IMG/VR virus record: IMGVR_UViG_3300017963_000308
Span: 1 to 58,421 of that record
DNA length: 58,421 nucleotides
DNA from: a virus
Lineage: Duplodnaviria > Caudoviricetes
Reading direction: 5' to 3' (one strand)
The notes under the pieces are model-generated. The model did not search any database and was not told the origin of the DNA. It worked only from the letters and a program-made list of their open reading frames with translations. This document shows positions 26,245 to 36,135 of the stretch, piece by piece. How positions within the stretch are numbered: position 1 is the stretch's first letter; the number at the start of each line of letters is the position of its first letter. The position numbers and the translations under genes were made by a program.

Positions 26245-26777
26245 AAGAACTTGTACATCGATCAAGATCGCAGGCAATGAGAAAAAGAAAAGATTTTATT
26301 GATCTGCCAGAAGCCTATGAAAAATACTACAAATTTCTATACTTTTTGGTTAAGAATTTCAACCCTATTCATATATTAGAGTTGGGTGTATATAAGGGTA
26401 TTTCATTGCATCATATGTGTTTGGCGGCGCATCCCGCCACTAAAATTGTGGGGGTAGATATCGATTTAACGCAAATTCACCCCAGAGCGAATCTTGGTGA
26501 TGTCAGACTGGTTAATTCCGATAGCATTAAATATCTGGCAACACTCCCAACCGGAAGTATGGATGCGGCCATAGTGCATCTTGACACAGTACATGAGTTT
26601 GAGCACGTGCGAGTTGAACTTGCGGAAGTAGAAAGGGTATGTTGTTCACCGTCAATAGTTTGTATTGATGATATCGATATATCGTCAGATATGTCTCGAT
26701 GGTGGGGTAGCCTGCAAAGAAAAAAAGTTTATATGCCCGAATTGCATGTAACGGGTTACGGGTGCGTGCTCATATGA
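26241..26777 (+). CDS. Class I SAM methyltransferase (Methyltransf_24-like)
   Basis: LELGVYKG.S, GVDID, HLD..H, IDDI. Confidence 0.88.
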   Translation: MKELVHRSRSQAMRKRKDFIDLPEAYEKYYKFLYFLVKNFNPIHILELGVYKGISLHHMCLAAHPATKIVGVDIDLTQIHPRANLGDVRLVNSDSIKYLATLPTGSMDAAIVHLDTVHEFEHVRVELAEVERVCCSPSIVCIDDIDISSDMSRWWGSLQRKKVYMPELHVTGYGCVLI

Positions 26778-27313
26778 TGGATTTGGAATATTGGAGAGGT
26801 CATATAAATGGAGTAATTCTTACCCAGTACAGGCAGTACATTCAGGGACGTGTATCCGATTGGGGTTGTGGGGCCGGTTATATAACCAGAATTATAGCCG
26901 AATCTCCAAAGGTGGATAGTGTTTTGGGAATAGATATAGATGATAGCAAATTCCCCGAAAAAACAAGCAAGATGTCTTTTTCAAAAGAAGATATTTGCCA
27001 TCTAAATTATGTTAAGGCTTTTGATACAATTGTTTCCTTCCACACGTTGGAACACGTTATCGCCCCCCTGTCTGCTATTCGCAATATGTTTAGGGCTATG
27101 GATACGGGTTTTGTGATAATTAGCGTTCCTTATGGCCGGGCCTATTTTAACCCCGACCATCGCCACTTTTTTACCGTACAAGACATTGTTTCTTTGTTAA
27201 CCAAGGTAGGGTTTATAGAGATAGAATGCTACCATGATCGAAGGGTAGATGTCCATGGCGATCAGCATGATTGCGTAACCGGATTATTCCTAAAACGAAA
27301 GGCGTCGGAATGA
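26774..27313 (+). CDS. Class I SAM methyltransferase
   Basis: DWGCGAG, GIDID, FD...SFH.LEH, SVP. Confidence 0.9.
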   Translation: MMDLEYWRGHINGVILTQYRQYIQGRVSDWGCGAGYITRIIAESPKVDSVLGIDIDDSKFPEKTSKMSFSKEDICHLNYVKAFDTIVSFHTLEHVIAPLSAIRNMFRAMDTGFVIISVPYGRAYFNPDHRHFFTVQDIVSLLTKVGFIEIECYHDRRVDVHGDQHDCVTGLFLKRKASE

Positions 27314-27933
27314 CTTGTATACTTGTCCTTGGTCACCCCAGAAGCGGAGCATCGTTAGTTGCTTCTTTGCTTCATAATCTTGGAGTCTACATGAATCCCA
27401 CGGCGGGGGATGAAATAGGAAATTCTTTTGAAGACAAGGAATTTAGCGATCTCCATAAAGAAATGTTGGGGGGATCTTGGCTTTATCCTACTCCATATGA
27501 TTTTTCCGAATATCATGATCGCTATGAAGTATTAATCAAAGGGCGGGCTAAACGTGATTCATGGGGTTACAAAAATATCGGAACTTCATTTGTTTTTCAG
27601 GATATTATACCTCTAATCAGGAAGTATGATGGTGATATACGGATAATAGTTGTGAGGCGGGCGGCGGAAGAATCTGTTGCCAGTTTAACAAGAAGACTAA
27701 GGCTATTGCCGTTTGAGTCAACGGAAACGGTAACCAAGTACATAGCTGCGGTTGACCGGGCCGCCAATAAATTCAATGGTCCTATCCTTACCGTGTCTTA
27801 CAGGCAGATATTGAAAACTCCGCCGCACCACATTATGCGATTGGCCGAATTTGCTGGAGTTTCCAATGATCCCGGTGTATGCGATATAGTTAAGCCAGCG
27901 TTGTGTCATTTTAAGTGGGAGTATTTGCAATGA
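27310..27933 (+). CDS. Sulfotransferase (P-loop type)
   Basis: VLGHPRSG.SL...L..LGV.M, FED, WG.K, R.....VASL. Confidence 0.85.
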   Translation: MTCILVLGHPRSGASLVASLLHNLGVYMNPTAGDEIGNSFEDKEFSDLHKEMLGGSWLYPTPYDFSEYHDRYEVLIKGRAKRDSWGYKNIGTSFVFQDIIPLIRKYDGDIRIIVVRRAAEESVASLTRRLRLLPFESTETVTKYIAAVDRAANKFNGPILTVSYRQILKTPPHHIMRLAEFAGVSNDPGVCDIVKPALCHFKWEYLQ

Positions 27934-28127
27934 CCGCGATTGAAGCGATGAATCTTACCAAGGAATTATCGATAAAACAGCAAAAGTTAAAATACTTGTA
28001 TTGGATTAATGGTGATTTTAAGATATTTTCAGTTTTCCGGGAAAATTGGTTGTTTTTGGCTTATCCAAATGGTGTATCGACAATAAGCAAAAAGGGGAAA
28101 GAAATTTTGGCAGGAGAATTGAGCTAG
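27930..28127 (+). CDS. Hypothetical protein
   Basis: Coupled overlaps at both ends. Confidence 0.6.
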   Translation: MTAIEAMNLTKELSIKQQKLKYLYWINGDFKIFSVFRENWLFLAYPNGVSTISKKGKEILAGELS

Positions 28128-29119
28128 TGAAAATATTACTTGTTAGTACGGCCGCGATAAGAACACCCCCAGAAGGTTACGGGGGGATGGAAAGGGAAGT
28201 TGATTGGCTCAGGCGTGGGATCTTGGAAATGCAAGAGGGGCTAACGTCAGACTGGTCGATTCAGGTTGATTTGGTTGCCGCCCCTGGATCCCCAGAAGCA
28301 AAATTTACTGCTGATGACGAAGCGGCATTCCCCAAGTTGGTAGAAGACTCGATTGACGATTATGACATCGTTATCGACTTCTCTCATGATAAGCAGATTG
28401 GCCGCCGTTGGCCCGAGTTGCCTCAGATCAATGTTTATCAGGTTATGACGGTTGGCTGGCCGGTTAACCCTGTTTACATCTCTAAGGCTCAAAGAGACTA
28501 TATCGGAATCGATGGACCTGTGATATACTACGGCATAGATCGCGATGCCTATCCGCCGAATTTGAGCGATGTTAGAAAAAATTACATGCTTTACATAGGC
28601 AGCTTAATTCAAGAAAAGCGTGTTCACTGGGTAGCGGAAGCTGCTCAGATTCTACGGCAAGGGGGTGATAATGTTCGGGTCATTATCGCCGGTCCACGTT
28701 GGCAGGCGGAATATTGGCCCACATTAGACGTATTGGCAGGGTTGGATTTCGTTACGATGATTAACGAAGTCGCCGGAGAGCAAAAGCTAAAAGTAATTCA
28801 AAATGCGGGCGCGTTGGTACATCCCGTGGGCGGAGCCGGATGGATTGAAGCAGGTGCGATTATTGCCCTGGAAGCATTAACATGCGGTATCCCGGTTATC
28901 GCTACTCCCAACGGGTGTTTACCGGAGTATATCAGGCCAAATATCAATGGGTTTTTGGTTGATTCGCCCCAAGCGATTGCTATGGCATACAAACAAATAA
29001 ATGGGATTAGACCGCGTGATTGTCACGCGTCTACGGCCAACTACGATTATCGTAGGATGGCAGAAGAATATCTTGAATTGGCCGGACAGGTGATGACCGG
29101 CAAGAGATGGGGAGAATAG
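28127..29119 (+). CDS. Glycosyltransferase family 4 (GT-B)
   Basis: PP.GYGG.E, EK.......A, E......EA..CG.PVI, NGFL. Confidence 0.92.
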   Translation: MKILLVSTAAIRTPPEGYGGMEREVDWLRRGILEMQEGLTSDWSIQVDLVAAPGSPEAKFTADDEAAFPKLVEDSIDDYDIVIDFSHDKQIGRRWPELPQINVYQVMTVGWPVNPVYISKAQRDYIGIDGPVIYYGIDRDAYPPNLSDVRKNYMLYIGSLIQEKRVHWVAEAAQILRQGGDNVRVIIAGPRWQAEYWPTLDVLAGLDFVTMINEVAGEQKLKVIQNAGALVHPVGGAGWIEAGAIIALEALTCGIPVIATPNGCLPEYIRPNINGFLVDSPQAIAMAYKQINGIRPRDCHASTANYDYRRMAEEYLELAGQVMTGKRWGE

Positions 29120-29128
29120 GAGTAAACA

Positions 29129-29584
29129 ATGAAACTCAAGATCTTTCTTATGTTAGGGTTACTTATATTGGCGTTTGGTTTAATGACCGGAGTCGCTTTT
29201 GCTCAGGATGTACCCCCGGAAGCCCCGCCTACGGCGGTTGAGGGAGTCCAGTGGTTGGCGATATTCCTTACTGCGGTAGTGGGACTTTTCGCCAACCGGG
29301 TTGTGGAGTTTATTTCCGGGTTGGGTTTTCTGAGTGGGGATGATAAAGAAAAGCTTCGCCAACCGGTACTTGATCTTATCGCCGCGGCGGGAGCAATTGG
29401 TTTGGGTTATGTGGTTGCTTTCCTTACCCCGGTCGCGGAGATGTTTGATGAACGTGGCTTGTGGGCTATCGTGATCGCCGCATGGCCGGTTGTATATGCA
29501 TGGTATCTAGCTCAGAAAGCTACGGGGCCGAAACGAGTTGTGGAAACAATTCTCGAACTTTTGCCAGAAACGGCGGATAAGTAA
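29129..29584 (+). CDS. Membrane protein with signal peptide and about 3 TM segments (holin-like, uncertain)
   Basis: AFA-Q cleavage motif, hydrophobic segments, AGGAG RBS. Confidence 0.65.
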   Translation: MKLKIFLMLGLLILAFGLMTGVAFAQDVPPEAPPTAVEGVQWLAIFLTAVVGLFANRVVEFISGLGFLSGDDKEKLRQPVLDLIAAAGAIGLGYVVAFLTPVAEMFDERGLWAIVIAAWPVVYAWYLAQKATGPKRVVETILELLPETADK

Positions 29585-30267
29585 TGATTGGCCTAGTTGT
29601 TCCAAGTTACAATGATAGGCGATTTTTGGAACAACTTTTCACGGGCCTAGTAACCACTTGGGCGGGGTATTCGTACTCCGCCCTTGTGGTTGACGATCTA
29701 TCTACGGACGGCACCAGAGAATGGCTTATCGATTCTGGTATAGACACGTTGGCCCTGGAAAGTAAAGGATATTTTACCGGTGCATGTAATGCCGGGATCG
29801 ACTATTGGATGAAAAATAGTCAAAATCTCGAATTAATTCTTTTGCTTAATTCGGATACTATTCCGATTCACAGGTGGGCAATCGAATTAATTTCTACCGT
29901 TAAAAAGATGGATGCCGGTATAACGGGATGCACTTTGCTTAACCCAGATGGCACGCTGCAGCATGCCGGGGGATATGATGCCGGTTATCACTTTGACATT
30001 AATAAGCCATGGATGCGATTTCATCAAGATCGCTATGTGCCATGGGTAACCGGGGCGGCAATGGCGATCAGGCCGGATGTTATACGAAAGATTGGCCTAC
30101 TGCCATCCAAGCGGGGGGAACAATATGATGCGTCTGATAGAAATTATTGCGCCAAAGTTTGGTTGGGTGGATTCCAGATCGCGGTAAGCGCGCTCAGTAA
30201 TTTTTATCATCATACTCATGAGGCCAGGGCGATCAGGTTGCCTAGAGGGGATTACGTGTTACGGTGA
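29584..30267 (+). CDS. Glycosyltransferase family 2
   Basis: VPSYN, VDD.STDGT, LLNSD, LQHAG, VTGA. Confidence 0.92.
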   Translation: MIGLVVPSYNDRRFLEQLFTGLVTTWAGYSYSALVVDDLSTDGTREWLIDSGIDTLALESKGYFTGACNAGIDYWMKNSQNLELILLLNSDTIPIHRWAIELISTVKKMDAGITGCTLLNPDGTLQHAGGYDAGYHFDINKPWMRFHQDRYVPWVTGAAMAIRPDVIRKIGLLPSKRGEQYDASDRNYCAKVWLGGFQIAVSALSNFYHHTHEARAIRLPRGDYVLR

Positions 30268-30806
30268 AATACTATGATTTGGGTGATGATTTACGAAAAC
30301 AATATCAAGATGCCCTGCAAAAGCATATAAAATCGGTCCAAGAGGCCGGGAAAGAATTAGGTGTTTCTCCCCATTTGTTAATGATACATGACCTGAGTAA
30401 GTGGTCAGAAGAGGAATTTGTTCCATATGCCTTGCACTTTTTCGGGGGTGGCGCGCCTAATTTGTTTGCTCCGGCATGGTTACATCACATTCACTACAAC
30501 CCCCATCACTGGCAACATTGGGTTTTCCCAGACAACTTTGAACTAAAGGGGGCAAATACTTTTCAGGGAACAGTTATGATGCCAGAAGAGTACGCTTTGG
30601 AAATGATTGCTGATTGGATTGGGGCAAGCAGGGTGTATAGCAATACCGATGATATGTCAAAGTGGCTTAGAAAAAGTGTTCCGAAGATCAAGTTGCACCC
30701 CGCAACACGTGAATATGTAACCAAAATTCTTAAAGACATAGGGTACAAGTCTTTATTCGAAGAAATTCAATTCTCGGATTTAAGGGAAGGTAATGGCGAT
30801 GACTAA
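30264..30806 (+). CDS. HD-domain phosphohydrolase (DUF5662-like)
   Basis: HDLSKW...EF, AWLHH...NPHHW, EM.ADW. Confidence 0.85.
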   Translation: MKYYDLGDDLRKQYQDALQKHIKSVQEAGKELGVSPHLLMIHDLSKWSEEEFVPYALHFFGGGAPNLFAPAWLHHIHYNPHHWQHWVFPDNFELKGANTFQGTVMMPEEYALEMIADWIGASRVYSNTDDMSKWLRKSVPKIKLHPATREYVTKILKDIGYKSLFEEIQFSDLREGNGDD

Positions 30807-31827
30807 ATTGGCCTTAGTTCGCGATAAGCATCTTAACTTACATGATATCGGCAATTACTATGGGCTGACCAAACTGGGAGTAGACCTGCTTTTGTGTGGT
30901 ACGCGCAAAGCCCCATGGGATCAAATAATGGAAATGTACCCGTTAGCTACACCGGTTTGTTACTCTGAGTTGTATGAAGTATTTCACCATGATCCTGATG
31001 TCATCGATGTCCCTGATGCCTTTTATGATTTTAGCAGATATTTTGTTGATCGGTTTGAAAAAACCGTTGTGGTAACCTGGGAGAATCTACCGGGGAAAGT
31101 TAGTCTAAATCCTGTTGCACTTGAGACATTGCGTAAAGCGTGGAAGGTAACGGCTAGAAGTGGATTGGCCTTGTATACTGATATTCGTATGCATGAAATA
31201 GATTTCAATAAAATCTTTTATATTCCGGGGGCGGTTGATACGGACTTTTTTCAGCCCCCCCCAACTCCGCCAAAAAACAACGTTGTTTTATTTGTGGGTC
31301 GATTGACCCAAGAAAAAGGCATTTTAGATTTAATTTGGGCGGCCAGCGTAACCGATGATATACACGTTAATGTTATTGGTGAGGGGGATCCGATTTACGA
31401 ATCGTTGGCAAATCACTATGCGCCCGGAAAATTTAATTTTCTTGGTCATGTTGACCGAAAATATTTACCCCAATGGTACCAACAGGCCAGTGTATTTTGC
31501 TTACCAACTCTTCCTTTGCTTAATGATCATGATCCTTTTGGGCAATGGGTTGAACAGTTTGGGCAGGTTTATATAGAAGCCATGGCCTGCGGTTTGCCTA
31601 TTATTACGTATTCAAGTCCAGTTGTGCAAACCATTATTCCCCGAGACACTCCCATGATAGCTCCGCGTGATTGGGGGGGATTGGCTTATATGCTTGCTAC
31701 CTATTCAGATCCAAATAATATTACATATGATTGGAAAGCCAATTCTGAGGCAAGTCGCAAGCGTGCTCTTGAAAAATTTTCGCAAATAGAAGTTGCCAAG
31801 CGAATCAAGGATTGGTATGAATTATGA
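30793..31827 (+). CDS. Glycosyltransferase family 4
   Basis: VD...F.P, FVGRL..EKG, EQFG...IEAMACGLP. Confidence 0.93.
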   Translation: MAMTKLALVRDKHLNLHDIGNYYGLTKLGVDLLLCGTRKAPWDQIMEMYPLATPVCYSELYEVFHHDPDVIDVPDAFYDFSRYFVDRFEKTVVVTWENLPGKVSLNPVALETLRKAWKVTARSGLALYTDIRMHEIDFNKIFYIPGAVDTDFFQPPPTPPKNNVVLFVGRLTQEKGILDLIWAASVTDDIHVNVIGEGDPIYESLANHYAPGKFNFLGHVDRKYLPQWYQQASVFCLPTLPLLNDHDPFGQWVEQFGQVYIEAMACGLPIITYSSPVVQTIIPRDTPMIAPRDWGGLAYMLATYSDPNNITYDWKANSEASRKRALEKFSQIEVAKRIKDWYEL

Positions 31828-32549
31828 ATATAGCCGTATGTATGATCGTGTTAAATGACGAAGATAATATCGGCCGCGCTCTACATAGTATTTATTGGGC
31901 AGACAGGTTGATTATTGTTGATGGCGGATCGGTCGATGGTACGGTAGACATTATTCAGAATCATTGTCCAATCCCGTATACGCTGATAAGGCAGGAGTGG
32001 GATAACCATTTCTCTAAACAACGTCAGTTTGCTAATAATGAGATGGCTAATTTAGAGAACTTATCACAAAATGTTTTTGTCGATGAAGGAGATTGGTGGT
32101 GGGTTAGGCTCGATTCCGATGAGCGATTTCCCAGAGAATGGGAGCAAATAACCCAACTTATCCCAACATTTCCCAAAGAGGTTGTTTGTGTCCGGGTCAG
32201 GCAGGTTAATTTATATCCAGATGTAGACACTTACTCAGCACGCCATGGGGGATGGGAAACGCACCCCAGACTATTTAAGAATATATTGCTTCCGAATGGG
32301 GGATCAGCTTGGAGATGGCAGGGGCAGGTACATGAATACCCTGAATTGATGACAACCCGGGGATTGCATTATCCCGATGGGGGAGAAATTATTGATGTTA
32401 GCTTGCCGGTTGATCATTATGGTTGGCTAGATCCTGAACGCAGGGCGGATCGAGAGTCGTTATACCTAGAAATGCCGGGATCTAATTTTCAGGCAGGTCA
32501 AATCACAAACAGAAAGCACGTAGTTAGAAAGGTTCCCAAATGCGAGTAG
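31824..32549 (+). CDS. Glycosyltransferase family 2 (beta-1,4-glucosyltransferase-like)
   Basis: VDGGS.DGT, FS.QR, LDSDE, VHE, HYG. Confidence 0.92.
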   Translation: MNIAVCMIVLNDEDNIGRALHSIYWADRLIIVDGGSVDGTVDIIQNHCPIPYTLIRQEWDNHFSKQRQFANNEMANLENLSQNVFVDEGDWWWVRLDSDERFPREWEQITQLIPTFPKEVVCVRVRQVNLYPDVDTYSARHGGWETHPRLFKNILLPNGGSAWRWQGQVHEYPELMTTRGLHYPDGGEIIDVSLPVDHYGWLDPERRADRESLYLEMPGSNFQAGQITNRKHVVRKVPKCE

Positions 32550-34963
32550 CGGTATATTGCGATCACGTTGGTAGTTCCGGGATTGCCCCAAACGACCAGT
32601 ATGGCGGCGGAGAATTTTTAACATTGGGGTATCTACACATCCTAAGTCAGCACTATGATGTAATCCCAATTGTCAATAATTATATATATCCCAATTTCGA
32701 CCATCCCGGTCGTTATGGATTGCCGGAAGCAAACTATAAGTGGAAGCCAATTGGCACCGATATGGGTTGGATCCGTAATTTTGATGTTTTTATCAATATC
32801 AGCCATGGTCGCATCTTGCCCCCGATTTGTCGCCGGAATATTCTGGTAGTGATGTTCCCCCAACACAAGGATTGGGACGTGTCCGGCTACGATACAATCA
32901 TCTCTATTAGCGAATATACTGCTAAATGGGTAAAGCGATACTGGGGTCGGGATAGTGATGTTGTGTATCCCCCATTGCCGGTACAGGCCATGACCACTAC
33001 AGAAGTCCAGAAATACCCTCAAATTATATCGGTTGGCAGATTCTTCCGGGTACCAGGGGGGAACAACAAAGGCCATGAAGTGCTTATCAAGTCTTTTCAA
33101 AACCTGTTTTTAGAAGACTGGAAATTAAAATTGGTTGGCAGTATTCAGGACAGAGCTTATTACAATGAAATGAGAGCCTTGGCCGGAGATGATCAGCGAA
33201 TAGAATTTGTCCATGATTTGTCAAGAGAGCAATACATGGATGAAATGCGAAGATCTCAGTTTTTGTGGGCGGCTACAGGATATCAATCGCTCGCTCCGTC
33301 CAGCAAAGAGCACTTTGGCATTATTGCGGTTGAAGCTATGGCTTCTGGTACTGTGCCCATTGTTAACAATTCTGGGGGCACTCCCGAAACCGGTGCGCTT
33401 ACTTGGGACAAACCAGTCGATCTAACCGAAATGACCCGGAAACTAATTGAAGATCGTGACAGGTGGATGGATGTTATTAAGGGTCAGATGCAAGGGGTAA
33501 TGAAGTTTGATTTGTCTAATAACAAACCCCTGTTGGATGTAATGGAAAAAGTGGTTGTGATTCAAAATGATCCAAGCAAGGGGCGAATCTATTCCGATTA
33601 CTCAACCCCGGACAAAGTTAAGATTGGGATATTATCAGATAGCCCTAATAGCACATTGGGGTTTGGTGTGGTGACCAGATCTTTGATCAGGGAATGGCAA
33701 AAAATGGGTTTTAGGATTGCTGCTTTTGGTCGCCATGATCCCCCCTCGCCTCATCCAAAACTTCCCCCAGAAGATATAATGGCTATGTTTAATCAAGTAA
33801 TTAACGATGATAGATTGGTTACCGGTCCTCAACAAATGGCCGTGCTTCGGGAGAAGTTAGCAGACAGGGGGGAGATTTGTACAATTTGGCGGGATCCTCG
33901 AGATGGATGGGATGGTGTTATCGATTTCATCAAACACGAAAAACCCGACGTGCTCTATATGAACTATGACATAGGAAACATAAGGTCTATTATAGACACA
34001 ATAAGGGCGGCCAGTATGACAATGCCGCCTTTTGTGGCTTATTTTCCGGTAGAGGGATTTCCCCTGCTTCATCAATACAATGAAACAATTCGCCTTATTC
34101 GATTACTTAATGGTGTTCCGGTAACCTATACCAAATTTGGGGCTATGGCTATCGCTCAGTCTGGTGGGCCACAAGTGGATTACGTGTGGCACGGGGCCGA
34201 TCATGCCAACTTCAGGAGATTAGATGAGCAGACTCGTAATGAATTGCGCTTTAGTGTAGGTGTTCATGATAAGTTTGTTTGTATGTTTGTGGGGCGAAAT
34301 AAGCGCACTAAAGGCATTCTTGGTTTAATCGAAGCGATCAAGGTGTTGAAAAATATGGGTAGGCATGATATAGTGTTTTATATCCATACATGGCCTAATG
34401 ATCGCATGCCCAATTCTTCGGCTCCGCTTGAAGAAATCGTGCGAATTGAGGGTATCGAAGACATGGTTATTTTTCCGGATGAAGATTTTAATCAAGTGTC
34501 TGGGGTACCCTTTGACAAAGAAATAATTATTCATGCTCAGGACACAAATGATCTAAAAGAAGTTCAAAGAATTAATTTGAAGTCCATGAACATGGTTGAG
34601 CGTTATAATTTGGCAGATTTGTATGTGAACTGTAGCGAGATTGGTGGATTTGAGTTGCCGTTGGTAGAAGCAATGGGTTGCGGTCTACCGATTTTAAGTG
34701 TAGACGACAAGGCCGCCCAAAGAGAAGTTTTGGGAGATACGGCCATGTATGTCGACGTGGCGCATTGGGACAGGTTCCATACATGGGCAAAGCTGGCGCA
34801 ATTTAACCCGGAACAAATGGCACAGGCCATACATGAAATATCCATGGATCCTAAAACACTGGCCGAATTTAGGTTGAAATCATCGAATCGATGGCAGCAG
34901 TTCAAATGGAAAGATACGGCCAAGGTATTAGCAGATGAGATATTGGAGCAACATTTATTATGA
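32540..34963 (+). CDS. Tandem double GT4 glycosyltransferase
   Basis: Two GT-B catalytic motifs, EHFGI..VEAMASG and GFELPLVEAMGCGLP. Confidence 0.93.
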   Translation: MRVAVYCDHVGSSGIAPNDQYGGGEFLTLGYLHILSQHYDVIPIVNNYIYPNFDHPGRYGLPEANYKWKPIGTDMGWIRNFDVFINISHGRILPPICRRNILVVMFPQHKDWDVSGYDTIISISEYTAKWVKRYWGRDSDVVYPPLPVQAMTTTEVQKYPQIISVGRFFRVPGGNNKGHEVLIKSFQNLFLEDWKLKLVGSIQDRAYYNEMRALAGDDQRIEFVHDLSREQYMDEMRRSQFLWAATGYQSLAPSSKEHFGIIAVEAMASGTVPIVNNSGGTPETGALTWDKPVDLTEMTRKLIEDRDRWMDVIKGQMQGVMKFDLSNNKPLLDVMEKVVVIQNDPSKGRIYSDYSTPDKVKIGILSDSPNSTLGFGVVTRSLIREWQKMGFRIAAFGRHDPPSPHPKLPPEDIMAMFNQVINDDRLVTGPQQMAVLREKLADRGEICTIWRDPRDGWDGVIDFIKHEKPDVLYMNYDIGNIRSIIDTIRAASMTMPPFVAYFPVEGFPLLHQYNETIRLIRLLNGVPVTYTKFGAMAIAQSGGPQVDYVWHGADHANFRRLDEQTRNELRFSVGVHDKFVCMFVGRNKRTKGILGLIEAIKVLKNMGRHDIVFYIHTWPNDRMPNSSAPLEEIVRIEGIEDMVIFPDEDFNQVSGVPFDKEIIIHAQDTNDLKEVQRINLKSMNMVERYNLADLYVNCSEIGGFELPLVEAMGCGLPILSVDDKAAQREVLGDTAMYVDVAHWDRFHTWAKLAQFNPEQMAQAIHEISMDPKTLAEFRLKSSNRWQQFKWKDTAKVLADEILEQHLL

Positions 34964-35373
34964 GGGATTTTACGCCTCCAATTAAAAAAACGAGATACAT
35001 TAAGCCGGAAATGAATCCTGAGCCACCCCCGGAAGGTACCCAATTTAGGTGCAATGGATGCAACAGAGAATTGTTTGGGGTGTTTGATGGAGTGGGAAGG
35101 CTTGTCATCAGATACGGGAATCGAGTAACCACTATTACCGGGATAGTTAATTGCGAGTGTCGCAAATGTGGAGTAGTAAACAGCATCGATACCAGAAAAG
35201 TGTCATACAAGATCGATGTTACCTATGGCACCATGTTAGCGGAACCACTTGCAACACAGGCAGCTATCCAATATGCGGAAAAGCATAACATCGATTTGAG
35301 GGAAATCCCGGCAAATGGCAAAGTCACCATCTCAGAAGTTAGACAGTTCCACGAAAGAGAGTCAGGAAGTTAG
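34960..35373 (+). CDS. Com-like Zn ribbon fused to an E3-binding (PSBD)-like domain
   Basis: RCNGCNR.L...CRKCG.VN plus ATQAA..YAEKHNIDL..I...GKVT..EV. Confidence 0.65.
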   Translation: MRDFTPPIKKTRYIKPEMNPEPPPEGTQFRCNGCNRELFGVFDGVGRLVIRYGNRVTTITGIVNCECRKCGVVNSIDTRKVSYKIDVTYGTMLAEPLATQAAIQYAEKHNIDLREIPANGKVTISEVRQFHERESGS

Positions 35374-35800
35374 GGCTATTCAAGCCTTAGTAGAAATCCT
35401 GAGTGAAAAGCTACAAGAAATTCATGTCATCACTAATCAATTAGCTGGCGTTGATGACGTTTTACGAGAAACATCTGAATATCTTGTTGAAAACTTTGCA
35501 AGAATAGATGAATCGTTGTTATTGATTCTTAGAAAATTAAACGGTGACGGAAAATTAACCAAAGCCCAACGTGACGATATCAAGAGAGATACTAAGGAAC
35601 TGGAAGCACAGGCGATCAAAAGTCGTATTCGCTCTTTAAGAATTCAGATATTACAACATCAAGAAAATCTCAACCGGCTAGAAGAAAAACAGTCTAGGGA
35701 AGGCGATGACTTTGCGACTACAAATGAAATTATCAGACAGCAAAGATTTATTAACGAGAAGCAGGAAAAAATTCTCGAATTGGAACGGGATCTCAAATGA
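35315..35800 (+). CDS. Coiled-coil hypothetical protein
   Basis: Heptad-rich, 161 aa. Confidence 0.7.
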   Translation: MAKSPSQKLDSSTKESQEVRAIQALVEILSEKLQEIHVITNQLAGVDDVLRETSEYLVENFARIDESLLLILRKLNGDGKLTKAQRDDIKRDTKELEAQAIKSRIRSLRIQILQHQENLNRLEEKQSREGDDFATTNEIIRQQRFINEKQEKILELERDLK

Positions 35801-36135
35801 TTTTTTTGTACATCTTCTTTAGCATTTTAGCCCTTGGCGGTAAACTGACGTTTTTCGGATGGCTTTTGTATGAGAAGTTGAGGGGTGCTAATTCGGTTAC
35901 GTTATTACTTATGGCCTTTTTCGCTCTGTTGTCAATAGAGCATCTTCTTATTTTAAGCACGCTGCTTACACATATTGGGATGCCCAATTTGTTAGTTAGA
36001 CATTTCGAGCTTCCCATTGTAGCGTTATATGCCATGGGAATTCTAAACTCGATTTTCTTGGTTTTTGTTATGATCGGAATTATCGTTGTTTTGTTGGAAG
36101 CACAGGAAAACAGGAGTGCAGTAAATGTTGACTAA
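35797..36135 (+). CDS. Three-TM membrane protein
   Basis: Hydrophobic segments, ATGA overlap. Confidence 0.75.
   Translation: MIFLYIFFSILALGGKLTFFGWLLYEKLRGANSVTLLLMAFFALLSIEHLLILSTLLTHIGMPNLLVRHFELPIVALYAMGILNSIFLVFVMIGIIVVLLEAQENRSAVNVD

Noticed and set aside
19408-34963. DNA hypermodification or Gtr-type serotype conversion as the main reading
   Set aside because: No thymidylate-synthase-like hydroxymethylase, TET/JBP, GtrA/GtrB or flippase is visible here; not excluded for the rest of the genome.
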